Positions 50,375 to 62,700 of a stretch of 64,000 nt of DNA are shown here, piece by piece. The notes under the pieces are model-generated. The model did not search any database and was not told where the DNA came from. It saw only the letters and a list, made by a program, of their open reading frames with translations. Position numbers and translations under genes: made by a program. Numbering within the stretch: position 1 is the first letter of the stretch; each line of letters starts with the position of its first letter. The stretch comes from Bilabrum cf. latius (taxonomy: Eukaryota), in the NCBI GenBank assembly GCA_965178125.1, contig OZ237757.1:744001-808000 (forward strand), given 5' to 3'.

Positions 50375-50690
50375 TTGAGATATTTTCAAAGTGTGCTCGA
50401 TATACGACCAGCAGCGATATACTTATATTTAGCCGTGCGCCTGCAAGCGGAGCTTGTTTGTGCGTGCCGCAACAGCGGGTGGCGGCGCCGCGCATTCTCT
50501 CGCGCCTTGCCGGGACGTTTCCCTGATAGCTTCATACCATGGCGATTTTCGCACGGCAGCAACGATTCACAACTACCAGTAATCTGCCTGTTCAATCAAT
50601 GCAAATACCCCCGCAGTCCCACGTTCCCCAGTCGTCCTCCAACCAAGCTCCGGCCAAGCAAGCCAACCAACCCTCCCCTCCCCCACCTCA

Positions 50691-51904
50691 TCACAGCCTC
50701 GCCCCCACGACCTTGCACACGGCCAGGTCCTCCCTCACCTTCCTCAGCCTGACACCCTCGGGCAGGGCCAGCTCACCCGCGTACACCTTATCCCCGATCC
50801 GCTTGCCCCGCAGGTCAACCAGCAGGCAGTGGGGCACCCTCTCCCCCGAGGCGTACACCGGCAGCCTCCAGACAAGATCGAGGACCCAACCCCCTGCCTT
50901 GATTCCGTCGCATTTGCCCGCGTTGATGGGTTCCATGGGCAGCCGAAGCTTGCTGCCGGGCTGGGCGCCCGCCACATACCTAACGAATGAGACGTTGAGC
51001 GTCTTGCCGGTGACTGGGTCCGTGTCCACGTGCCGGGGAACAACCCTCTGCATGCGGCCCCCGGGCCCCTCCCCCAGGTCCAGGTCGAACAGGGTGCACT
51101 CGAAGGACATCTTTCGCCTGCGCATCTCCCTGTCCACGTCCTGGGTGCGGATCCAGAAGGCGACCGTGGGCTCGTTGCCGCTGGGGCCCTGCGGTGGATC
51201 AGAGGGTATTGGAAAATGAAAAAACTAGGATCAAGTAGGCAGTGTCCGCGAGGTGGACACGTTGGAACTGTGCTGGGGGCGATACAAGGGCGGCTACCTG
51301 AGTGGCAGCAGCACAATAGTGAATGAGCAACGCTGCACACAGGGACGCACGCAATGAATTGAGGGCCGGTTGCTCAGTACGCAACTAGACTCACCGGGCC
51401 GTATACAATCGCGGGTACAAGACCTGCCGACCTAGCTTTGTTGGAGGCGTACGTGCCCAAATCTGCCGCCGTTCGTCGGATGCCGTGCATGTGCCCAACT
51501 TCGAACGACTGGTGCAGCAGTCCTCTTCGCTGCACCGTTGACGCAGCCGGCCTAGAAATATTTCCTAGTCTGGACCGACAAACGCGAGATCCAAATGTTC
51601 CGGGTTTGGGCACCAAACCGCTTCCAGATGAGGCGCCCGCTCGAGAGTGCCCTGCGGCTGGTACAGTGCTAGCGTATCGCCTCTACGAGCCAGTGCCATG
51701 CACTCCATCTGCCCCAACTGATGCACACAACTGTTTTACAGCAGGTAGACTCGGCTATGTGCTCGCGGTGCCAACTGTCTGGGTTGCAATGCAGCCGCTT
51801 GCAGCTGCTGATGCTCGCCCGGTGCTCGAGCAACCAGTGCCGCTGCTTACAGCCTTCCAAGAACAAATACTAGCGCGAGTGAGCTTTGATACGGAACGTT
51901 TCAT
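50691..51904 (-). CDS. Organellar (probably mitochondrial) ribosomal protein bL25/Ctc
   Basis: GTYASNKARSAGLVPAIVYG motif and C-terminal CDGIKAGG..VDLRGKRIGDKV. Intron 51394-51189. A Ser/Arg/Ala-rich presequence from ATG 51904 contains two in-frame TAG (51755, 51683); TGA end. Confidence 0.85.
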
Positions 51905-52224
51905 GTTGAGGCTGCGTCCAAACAGCGTAATGAGTCTGCTACCGGGAGAAAATGGGATTCAATGTAGCTTGTCGTGGCGAACCGGCTAAAATCAGACTTT
52001 CTATCAAATTAACGTTACTTGTCCGCAATCGATCATCGATAGAAAAAAATGGACAATGGACAACTTTTGCGGAGTCTGTGCACCCGCCACATGCCCACAA
52101 ACAGCTTTATCATGCGTACCAATGAGTACGCGCCCCAGCCTCCCACGCGCCATTACAGGCTACCATTTGTCGGCTCAACAAGAGGGCCGATGGAATGCTT
52201 CTTCGACCTGAAACGGAACCCCTC

Positions 52225-52971
52225 TCACATGGTCTCGCCCCTAGCGCAGGAGGAAAGCATGTCGGCGTACGGCTGGCACATCGCAATCTGGCCCGGATTG
52301 TCCGCCATGCACTGGTTGAAATCCGCCTGGTACTTGGTGCAGTCCGCCTGGGGAGCAGAGGAGCCCGCCGCCGCGCCTGCGCCAGCCGCGGCACCGGCAG
52401 CCGCGGGTGCGGCACCGGCGGAGTCACCGGAGCCCTCATGCTTCACGGTCATTTCACGAGGTCCCATGAGGCTATCCACGGCGCGGTGTGCGACGCCGCT
52501 CCCGGCGCCGAACGCTGCTCCCTGAATCATAGTGCTGGCGATGCCGCCGAAAATGCCGCCGCCGCCGGTCGAGCCAGTTGCGCCCGACGTAGCCGGAGTG
52601 GCTGCTGCGGGGCGACGAGCGGGGGCGGGGGCGGCGCGCCGGGCGGGCGCTGCCTTCTTGGAGCCACCGAAGAGGCCGCCAAACATGCCGCCTCCTCCGG
52701 ACCGGCCAGAAGAGCGCGAACCACCGAGTCTAGAACCACCTCCACGTCTGCGATGTACGAATAGATAGGTTGGAACGGTTTTGGCGCCTTATACTTTTCA
52801 ACGAAAGCGCTAAGGAGGCTGCTGCTCGTTTCGAATGCGCAAGAAACACTTGGCATCCTGCAACGCCCGATACACACTCAACACGGAGGAATTTTGCGCT
52901 GCTAATTTGCGCACACAAAAATGAATACATAAAAAACCATATTGTTCTGGTTGTTTGTCTTACCTTGGCAT
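52225..52971 (-). CDS. CHCHD2/CHCHD10 (Mix17)-like mitochondrial protein
   Basis: Exon 1 ATG CCA AG, then intron 52963-52748, giving MPRRGG... Motif STMIQGAAFGAGSGVAHRAVDSLMG and twin CX9C (CTKYQADFNQC..CQPYADMLSSC); TGA end. Confidence 0.9.
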
Positions 52972-53209
52972 AGTAATCTGTGTTTTTGTCGCTTAGAAAG
53001 TGGGCCAGCGAAGTGAGGCCATCATTCTGCGGAACTGGCGCCGCGCATGTACGGAGCAACAATCGACCGAGGGGCGCGTTTCCCCGCAGTAGTCTCAGGC
53101 TCAATACAAGCTTTTGATAGCTACTTCTGAGACATGATTGGATCGATGAGCATTTGTTCCGTGCATTCATTCGCTGAAAGTGCATCAAGTACGTCGCACA
53201 GAGTCTCAA

Positions 53210-55897
53210 TCAGTCACCTTTGGCACCCTTGGCCTGCGAGAGCCCCTGGGCGTTCGACGGCCGGGGCCCCGGAAACGGCCGCGCACCGAACGTTCCATTA
53301 GAGACCATCGGCGGACGACCCCCAAGAACTGCGCCCGCTCTCCTTGGGCTTAGAGAGGACCCGACCCCCCCTGTTCCAGCCGCAAACCCTCTAGGCCGCC
53401 CCCCCCCAAAGCCCAAGCCCGGGCCAGGGCCAGCTCGAGGCACCGGCCTCCCAAAGCTGCCCGCGCTCGAGGCGGACCGGGCCGTTGCGGAACCGGCGCC
53501 GCGCGAGAATCCACCCGTGGACCCGAAGGACCCGAAGCCCGGCCTGGCCTGCAAGGGGTGCAGCCCGCCCGCACCACCCGACGCCGACCCCACTGAGCCC
53601 CGGGGGGTCGTCCCCGAAACCCCCGGGGGTCCCATCCGGGGCGCCGGCAGCTGTATCGGACGGGCGAGCGGTGAAGACACGGCCCCTTGCGGAACCGAAC
53701 CCATTTGCGTGGCGCCGAACCCTGAGGACACGGCGAGGGGCCGGGCCCCCGGGCTGCGACCGCCGGCCGCGGCCGCGGCGGCGGCGCCGCGCATCATGGA
53801 GGAGGTTCCGCTGCGCGACCGCCGCTCGGCCTCTCCCGCGGACCTCAATCGCGCCCTGGAGGCAGGGGCAGGGGCAGGGGCTGTTCCGCCCTTCCCGAAT
53901 CCGCCTGATGATTGCTGCTGCTGCTGCTGCTGCTGCTGATAATGGAAGTGCTGGCGGGTGCTTTCTTGACCGGTCTGGTGCGAGGTACCCCCGAATGTGG
54001 TCCCATAGGCACCCCCCACCAGGGCCGGGGAGGCAGGCATCGACACCGGACTCAGCGGAGGCATATGCGGAACCTATCCTGGCAATTGCGCGGCGCCGCC
54101 GCCGGCGTGTCCGTTGTTCTTCTTGTTCAGTACCAGAGCAGGCACCACCGGCCTGCCGGTCGCGGAATGAATCGGCTCCGAATCATTCGCTCCAGGCCTT
54201 GCACCTGCATCGGCACCACCAGATTCCGAATCCGCGGCCGTACCCTCTTCCCGCCCGTACTCCGAGGAGGCCGCATCCGGGCCCGCTTCAGCGGAACCAA
54301 ATTGCGCGGCGCCCCCGTCTCCTGCGGACCACGACTGGGCGCGCTCCAAGGGGAAGCGACGGCCAGCGAACCTTCGCTGCAAACCTGCCCCATCGCCCGC
54401 ACCCCCTTCTTCCCCGTCCCCACCGTCAACACCGTGCCCCGCACCACCGTGCGATGCACCTTCGCCGCCGTCGCCACCCGATGACCCGGTCACCACCCAG
54501 CCCCCTCCCATCCCCACCCTCCGATGCCCCCCCCTCCCCCCGCCCAGCCGAGCCCGAAGACCGCCACCCCCGGCCCCCAGAGACCTGGCGCTGATGCTCC
54601 CAGGCCCGCTGGCCCCCTGGCTGCTCCTCGCCCGGCGGAGCCGGGCCGCTCCGGCGAGGCGCCGTGCGCCGTGCGGAACCGGTGGCCCGCCACCGATACC
54701 CCCGTACTGCTGCTGCTGCTGCTGGTAATCGTCCGCCCACCCCGTAGCCGATGACTCGGAGCCGAAAGTGGGCGTGCCCAGGAAGGACGACCCGCCCCCG
54801 GGACCACCCCCCCACCCAGAGTCCTCTACCCCCCCCGCTGCAGACGTTCCGCTGGCTTCGGAGGCACCCGTGATCGAGCGCTCCCGGTGTGACGAGTAAC
54901 CGGTTGCAACCGATGGGTCGACCTGCTATCGGTAGGGCTCCGGCTGCGAGTCAACTGCACCTTCGTGCGATGCACCTTCGTCGCTTGCAGCCCCAGCAAC
55001 GACACCCGCGTCGCCTTTCTGCTCCTCCTGCTCAGACGCCTGCATGATGGACTTGGACACGATGGCCAGCGCGTCAGCTGCCAGGGGAGGCCACCATGAG
55101 AGGGGCAGGGCCCACAGCCCCAGCGCGTAGTAGGACACCCCGCGGACCAGTGTGACGAGTACCCACGCCGCTGGCATGCACTGTGGGGGTATGACCGCGC
55201 CCCCAGGGGTATTTCCCCTGGGGCCACCCCCCCTCCCGACCCCCCTGACCCCTCTACCCCCAGGGGCCGAAAGCACGGCCCCCTCCCTCAGGCCGGCCTG
55301 GGCGAGTGCAACGTCGTAGGCCTCGAAGGAAGCCACGCGGCCCCAGCAGCTCTCGCAGCTCGCGCGCATGCACCAGCCCAGGGAAACGAGCAGGCCGGGC
55401 AGCACCACGAGAAAATACACCCCTTGGTCCGCCAGCTGCACCCACGAGAGCTCCTTACCGACCGCGGAGCGAGCGCCTTCCAGCGTCATGGACCCGTACT
55501 CGTCCACGACGTCAAGGCCGTCAGAGATGGCCTTGTCCGTCCGCCGAGCGGCCTATGTGGCCTTGGTCGCCCTGACTTGGAACTGCTTAATCTCGGCCTC
55601 GAGTGCATCGCTGGCGTCCCGCACCAGACCTGTTAGTCTCTGCCGATTCTCGCGCACCTCACGGACGGCGCGGCTCCGAGCCGCCATGTCCGACATTTCT
55701 TGCTTTGCGCGCGCAGCAGCTGCTACATGCAGTCTCTTGAGGTCTTCCTCGGACAACGTTTCAGCCTCTGTATCTTGCCTGGCATCTTGATCGACGCTGT
55801 CGAGCGAAACGTGTTTCTTCCGTGTTTGCCCCATTGCTCCAGAGGCGACAAGCAGGATACAAGCAGTGAGAAGTGCAATTAGACGCGATTTGAACAT
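53210..55897 (-). CDS. Hypothetical membrane protein with signal peptide and low-complexity C-terminus
   Basis: Four ORFs in one frame joined by TAG (55553, 54926, 54074); TGA at 53210. N-terminus MFKSRLIALLTACILLVASGAMG, then a coiled coil and hydrophobic segments. Confidence 0.65.
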
Positions 55898-56069
55898 GTT
55901 GCGCACAGCGATTGAAGTTGACTGGTGCGCGAAGAATGTGCTGCGTGTTGGCACAATGGTGGTGTGGTTTTCTTGCCGATGTTGGGCTCGTCATCCCGGC
56001 CGGCGGTGGATTTGGTGACCGTTTGTTGGAATCATCTGGAAGAGGATTGCGAGTTGTACGTCCGCGAAA

Positions 56070-59000
56070 ATGGATCAACCTGTGGCATGCATTACAGGAC
56101 GGGTTCCAGAAAAACGCCGTCGACGGATGCCTTCAAGAAGTCCGGCATTGAACGAGGGAGACGGACAGTTGCACTTCACTGGCGAGGACGAAGAAGCCGT
56201 GAAGCCGTACAAACATACAGTTAAAGGGACGAATAGTGTACCAGCATTACCCAATTCAAGAAGCACGGGAACTTTCGACGCGCTGCTGTCGTTGATGCTG
56301 GCATCAAGGGCTGCGAGGCATTTTGGGCTGCAGAGGTCCGTGCCGGTGCCGTGGGACGGCCTAGCGCATGCAAGCACTGCATGCCACCAATAGGTAGGCG
56401 AAGCCATATCTAAACCCATTCCTGGTGGAGGGAAACGCCCGACGGTAGTGCAGCTGGATTTCGGTGAAACCCCACCACCGCGTGCTGCTGCTCCAAGGAG
56501 CGAGGGTGCTGGTGGCGGCGAGCACACGCAGCGGCTGAGCCCAAGGCAGCGACAGGACCTTCCATCGCAGGGCCAGGACGACGATTTCATGAGCTTTCAA
56601 GGATCTGACGATTCGGGCGACTCGTGCTCGGACTCTGGAGCGGAGCAGCAGCCGAGCAATGCCGCGGTGCTAGTGGAGAGTGCTCGCACTAGCCCTCGCC
56701 CTTCCTTCGAGGAGCCGACGTGGCAGCAGCAGCCGAGCAATGCCGCGGTGCTAGTGGAGAGTGCTCGCACTAGCCCTCGCCCTTCCTTCGAGGAGCCGAC
56801 GTGGCAGCAGCAGCCGAGCAATGCCGCGGTGCTAGTGGAGAGTGCTCGCACTAGCCCTCGCCCTTCCTTCGAGGAGCCGACGTGGCAGCAGCAGCCGAGC
56901 AATGCCGCGGTGCTAGTGGAGAGTGCTCGCACTAGCCCTCGCCCTTCCTTCGAGGAGCCGACGTGGCAGCAGCAGCCGAGCAATGCCGCGGTGCTAGTGG
57001 AAAGTGCTCGCACTAGCCCTCGCCCTTCCTTCGAGGAGCCGACGTGGCAGCAGCAGCGAAGCCCGGCCCAATCCGTCTTTGTGGACAGCCCCGCTCCTCC
57101 CTTGTAGGGAACAGACGATTCACCCCAGGGAACAATAGAGGCCCCGGTGTCTGGCAAGAGCAAGGTAGCAGGGGCAGGGGGGCGATCTGCGAGGTCGAAT
57201 GGAAGCTGCGTAAGCTGGGCTGCATCGGTAAGGATGGGCGCGTCGCCCAGCCCCCGCCATTCAGTCTCAAGCACAGTCGGCTCAGGCAGCAGGAAGAGCA
57301 AACACAAGAAAAAGAACTCGGAGAGAAAGAGAAGCAATGGAAGAGAGTCCTCGAGAAGGCCGTCTCCTGCGTGCGACTGCCTCAGCCCGGTGTCTGGGGA
57401 ACATGCGGTGGTTCCGCAGACCGCGCGGCGCCGCGCAGCCATCCTCTCGGACTCTGAATCCTCCTCCTCCTCATCATCTGAGTCTCCCTCACCCTTTCAG
57501 TCGTTGCCTGCATCAGCGTCCCAGCAGCGGCGGCAGAAGCTGCAACGCGGTAGATCTACCGCCGCGTCTGCTGGCTCCGGTTCCGATTCCGAGTCGGGAT
57601 CACGACACGGTGCAGCAGCACCAGCAGCAGCGCTACCCGCCGTAGGTCCTATGGCAGGGCTGCTGCCGAGTGGGCCCCTGGACCCCGTGGGTGCATCGCA
57701 CGACAGTGCCCAGAAAGGCAGCGACCGGACGTCCTCGGCAGCCGAGGCTGCTCCTGCCCCCCCGAATCACGAGGTAGAATCATCGGATGACGAGTGCAGC
57801 GACAGCGACGACGTTGACGTGGAGGAAGCAAAGAGGAAGATGCTGGGAAGAAGAGGCAGAATTGGGAATGGGATTGGACATGGGATTGGGAAGAAGCGCC
57901 GCGGCCGGGCCTCGAGGGAAGCAGCTGAGCCTGAGCCTGAGCCTGCCGCCAACGACGGGTCTCGGTCTGGGTCTGGCAGCGATGCATCCACCTCTGACTC
58001 CGATTCCTAGCCCGATTCGGGCTCGTAGGGAACAGACTCGGAGTCGGAATAGGACCGGGATAGAGGCAGGCGACGAGGAAGAGAAAGAGGCAGGGTCAGG
58101 GGCAGGGACAGCTGGCTGGCATCGTCCGACTCGGAATCATACTCTGGCTCGGACCCGAGCTAGGGTTCGGATTCCGAGTCGGACGATGCCAGCCAGCTGG
58201 ACGTGAGTGACGACGAGGATCAGGAAGTGGAAGATGAAGATCGGGAGGAGGAGGAGGAGGAAGGTGGGAGGGGAAAGGGGTCGAATCGTCGACCCCATCG
58301 CGATGATGCACACGCAGACGAGGATGACTACGACCGGCCGGTGCCCACCAGCCGCTCAGCTCGAGAGGCCTTGTCCCTGGAATGGTACAGGAGGTGCAAC
58401 GCCTCCGTGTTCCAGGGTCTGCTGCCTCCGCCGGTCGCGGGCGGCGGCGGGGGTTCCGCAGGGAGTCGCGGCGCCGCGCAATCCGACGTCTTGGATGTGA
58501 GTTGGAACGCCCGCCTGCGCAAGACGGCCGGCCTCACGTACACCTGGGGACGCGCGGCGCCGCCCCTTGGTTCCGCAAAGAGTGGTTGCCCTCCGGCCCG
58601 CCGCCCGGGGGCCCGCGCCCGCATCGAGTTGTCCACCAAAGTGCTCACTACAATCGGGAGGCTCCGCCAGACGCTCCTGCACGAGATGTGCCACGCGGCC
58701 GCCTGGCTCATAGACGGCTCCAGGAAACCGCCGCACGGGGCCGTGTTCCGCAAGTGGGGCGCCGCGGCGGGGCGTGCGGAACCGGGGTACCCCGTGACCA
58801 CCACTCACACGTACGACATCTTCTACAAGTTCCGCTGGGAATGCGCGGCGTGCGGTCGGGAGATCGGCCGGCACTCGCGCAGCATCGACCCCGCGAGACA
58901 CCGGTGTGGGGCCTGCGGGGGCGACTTGCTGTACCTCGGGACGTTCCGCAAGGATCGCGCGGCGCCTGGTGCGCGGGGCGGGCGACCTTCGAAAGCTGCA

Positions 59001-59357
59001 GTTGCAGCCGCGGCAGGCCGGGGGCAAGATCGCGGTGCGGTGCTTGCGACCCCCGTGGCTGGCGGGGCGGGGGCGGGGGCGGGGGCAGGTCGGGCCAGCG
59101 CCCGGAAGGCCACCGGGTTTGCGAGGTTCGTGAAGGTTCGATACGCGGAGGTGCGACGAGACCTGGCGAGCAGGATGGACTGGGACGCCATGCGCGGTGA
59201 AGGCGAAGGCGAAGGTGGGGGAGGGGGAAATGGTGGTGCGGCCATCCCCGCCCCCGCCCCCGCCCCCGCACACAAGGAGGTGATGGCAGAGCTGTCGCGT
59301 CGCTGGAAGAACGGAGGGAAGGAGGAGATGGGAGGGGTTGATGTGCATGGGTTGTGA
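56070..59357 (+). CDS. GCNA: GCNA/ACRC-like SprT metalloprotease
   Basis: Four ORFs in one frame joined by 6 TAG (56391, 57105, 58008, 58026, 58050, 58161); TGA end. Long acidic disordered N-terminus, WNARLRKTAG, TLLHEMCHAA (HExxH), HGAVF, CxxC..CxxC zinc ribbon and HMG-like FARFVKVRY..HKEVMAELSRRW. Confidence 0.85.
56646..57056. repeat. 81-bp coding tandem repeat, 5 copies
   Basis: Encodes QQPSNAAVLVESARTSPRPSFEEPTWQ; copies near-identical. Confidence 0.95.
58109..58199. repeat. Perfect 30-bp inverted repeat with 31-nt spacer
   Basis: CAGCTGGCTGGCATCGTCCGACTCGGAATC (58109-58138) and its exact reverse complement (58170-58199). Confidence 0.95.
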
Positions 59358-59716
59358 GTGAAAGGGGCCTATGTGCTGGGTGCTGCGGCGAGATTCTCGT
59401 GTTCTATCCCCAGGCGACTGGTCTCAGCGGACGGATAGGCGAGTGTGCTGCAAGCGAAGAAGTTACTCGTCAAAGTGCCCCTTCTGTTGCTCCAAAAAAC
59501 TGCTTTCACGGCTAGCGTTGCAAGTTCACTGGGGTGCGTAGTGAGTGCGCACTTCTTGATTGTATGCAGGCTCAATGTTTGTTTCATACGATGGTTGGTG
59601 CCCGAGACGGGCTGCCGGTTGAACTGTTCTGCATTTCGGGTGGTTGCGTGTGATTTGATCGCACCAGTCAGCAGCCTGCTCATCGCACGCAGAAAAAGCC
59701 GCCTTGGGCGGCCAAC

Positions 59717-62700
59717 ATGGCACGTATCCGCGAAATTGAGCACCCTTATGAGGTGTCATGGGATAGTTTAAAACCACTTGTGGACTGCGATCCTACCCTT
59801 GTCTAGGCGCTTGGCATTCCAAAGACAGAATAGGGTAATTGGTTTTATCAATCTGCAACTATCCACTTTCAGCCAACAGGGTCGCAAGAAGGTACAAATT
59901 TGATAGCAGGGGCTGAAATACATGCTATTGATTCCCAAAGCATATTGAAAGGCAGCCCTGGGTCGAAGCAATCACCGGGCGGCAAAGATATGTGTCGGTT
60001 TGCTGGAGTACTGAAGTGTGAGGATAATCTATCCGTGTCTCCTGGTGTTTGCTAGGGCGTGGCGGCTGATCCAAAGAATTATGCTAGTATGCTTCGAGTT
60101 GGTGGAGCATGGGATGCTCCAGTGTCAGGTTTGTCCGCGAGGACCGCAGGAGACCCTGCAGCAATCGGTTTGTCGTTTGGCACGAAGCCGCCGCCGGCAC
60201 CGCTTCACTTCGGGTTCGACGACCCCTTACCCTCAAGATCAGGCGGTCATCTATCTGGTTTAGCTACATCTGGTAATTCTAATGGGACTTCGACATCGTG
60301 GACGGGAGCTACATCGTATGGAGCAGGCAGTAGAACACACATGCAGCCAAGCGTTAACATTAGCTCACTTGTAGTAGCTTGTGCACTGAGAAAGGGCACT
60401 GGAATCACCGGAGGTACGGCATATAAATCACTTCCATGCCGTATGTACTGTTGCGAAGCCAGCCTGGTGCTCGAAGAATCTAGATCAGGCCTGATGTTGG
60501 GCGCGGGAGCTGCTGCTTGGCAGTCCCAGACGAAACCAAAGCGCGAAGCACTGACAGTACAGATACCATTTAAGGTATCATCGCATGCAAGCGCCATGCA
60601 TCTCAAATCGTACAGCCCGGATACATTCAAGGATGAAGTAGTTGGTAAGCTCGCGGCGCAGATGGAGCTCGACGCAGCAAAAGCACGAGCAGCGCCTGCA
60701 GGACCCCCACCGCCACCGCCGGTCACCGGCGCAGTGCAAACATGCAGGCCATGGCTAAATCAAGTGAATTTAGATCAGATCGTGAGCATGGTGCGCAGCG
60801 ACGCGCCCGGACTGCAGGCGGCTCGTTGGACGCTGCCAGAAGGCGAGGCAGGCCCTTCTTCCGGTGACAAGGGCAAATTGCCCCCGCGGGGATGGGGATT
60901 GGAAGGAAACGTGAATTCGGCATGGGCGCGCATGGCGCTTGCAGAGTGGATCGACGCCGTGGGGGGGAGGGGAGGCGCATAGCCGGGCAGCACGGGCACC
61001 GGTCTTGCCCTCAAAGCCGCGGCCCCCCTGGACCGCAAGCTCGGTTCGAGCACTGCCATGAGGCTGCTGCTGCAGCTGTGGAAGCGAAGGGGGCAGGGAA
61101 GCAGCGGCGGCGGCACAATGCCGTCGGCCCGCAACACGACGTCGAACGCAGATGTTGCCGCCCAGGTCGCGCTGGAGTCGATGGCCGTGGCAGCAGCAGC
61201 TGCTGACGCTTCCAGTGGCCAGACCAAGCAATCGAGCAAGACCACGATGGCCACGTCGATGGAACGGAACCTAAATGCGCGGCGCCTTGCCCTTGGGCTG
61301 ATGCGGGCCGGGCTGCGGCAGGCCGCCGCCTCGTCGGGGGAAATCCTCAAACCGGAACATCTTTCGATTCCGGGTGAGATTTCCGTCCGGCGGGGAAAGT
61401 GGGTATCCCGTGGCGTGCCCAAGCAAGGGGCCCAGGGCAAGGAGTAGGAGGGGCCCTTGTCCTGCGAGGCCGTCGTGGACGCGTGCACGCAATCTCCAGC
61501 CTCGCTCGAGCTCGTCACACGGACCATCGGCCAGCTGTCGAGTGCCCTGTACCGCAATGCGGTGCACCCATCGCCCGATTACAACGAGGCGTTGCAGGCC
61601 GAGCTCAGCTCTGAAGCGCTCGAGGCGATGCGCAATACCGGGGTGCTTCGTATGGCAGAGGCGCAGCAACACGGGGGTGGGAGTGAAGGCGGGGGGGCAC
61701 AGCTGAGCGGTGCCATAGGAACCGATGGCGGGCTGAACACGGAGCAGCTGGCAGCCGTGGGCATGTGCCTGCGGAAGCCACCGCTGGCGGTGCTGTTCGG
61801 GCCCCCGGGGACCGGCAAGACCACCACTCTCGCGACCATGCTGGCGCACCTGCTGCGGGATCCGGCGGAGCCTCGGGTGCTCGTGCTATCACGCAGAGAA
61901 GAGGGGTCGGACGCTGCGGTGGCGCGCGTGCTGGGACATCTGGAACACGTGCAGCAGCGAGAGGAAGAGGAGGAGGAGGAGCAGCAGCGCCAGAGGCAGG
62001 CCAGGCAGAAGCAAGCACACGCTTTGAGAGCGGCAGGGAGCGGTGGAGGGATGGGCAGCAGCACAGCAACAGCTGGTATGGACGGCTTTGAGGCGCTCGC
62101 CGAGGCCCTCTAGGCCGACGATGATGAGGAACAGGAAGATGCACACACGCACGGGCAAGGGAACACCAGGCCTGGGCAAGCGCGGGTCACCTCTGCCGCG
62201 AGTGACGTCATGCGTGTGGTGGGTGCGAGTCACGAGCCGCAGGAGACGGAACGGGCTCTGGGCCGCGAGCAGGCGCGAGTGGCGTGGGCGCTTGCGGCCC
62301 CCGCCGAGAGGATGTGCCGGCTGGGGGGGTAGGGCCTAAGCGCGCTGGCGGCCTGCAAGCGGGCGGTGTTTGCGACTGTGGACGAGGCCGCCGCCTGGCT
62401 GGGTCACGCGCGGCAGCTGCTGCAGGGGATAAAGAGCAGCAGCGACAGAGGGCAGGGTGCGGTCAGGGGGCACAAGGGTTCGTGGGGGCGGGCTGTCGAG
62501 ACCAAGCCAAGCACGGGTGCAGGCGCGGGCACAGGTGCAGGCGCGAGTGCAGACCAGTCGCTGTACCATCGCGCGCTTCATTTCGACTATATCATGCTGG
62601 ACGATGCGAGCGGTATCACCCGGGAAGAGGTGCTGCCAGCACTGGCGGCGTGCCATCTCGCTTCACAGCTGAGTCAGGGAACACGTGGTGAGTCAGGTGC

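Noticed and set aside
50691-51904. Bacterial origin suggested by bL25, histidine kinase and GT2
   Set aside because: Spliceosomal introns, a targeting presequence and eukaryote-specific neighbours (Vti1, DENN, CHCHD, GCNA) show a eukaryotic nuclear locus.
4903-57056. 69-, 81-, 123- and 159-bp repeats as CRISPR arrays
   Set aside because: Head-to-tail units without unique spacers, lengths are multiples of three, they lie in coding frames, and no cas genes are present.
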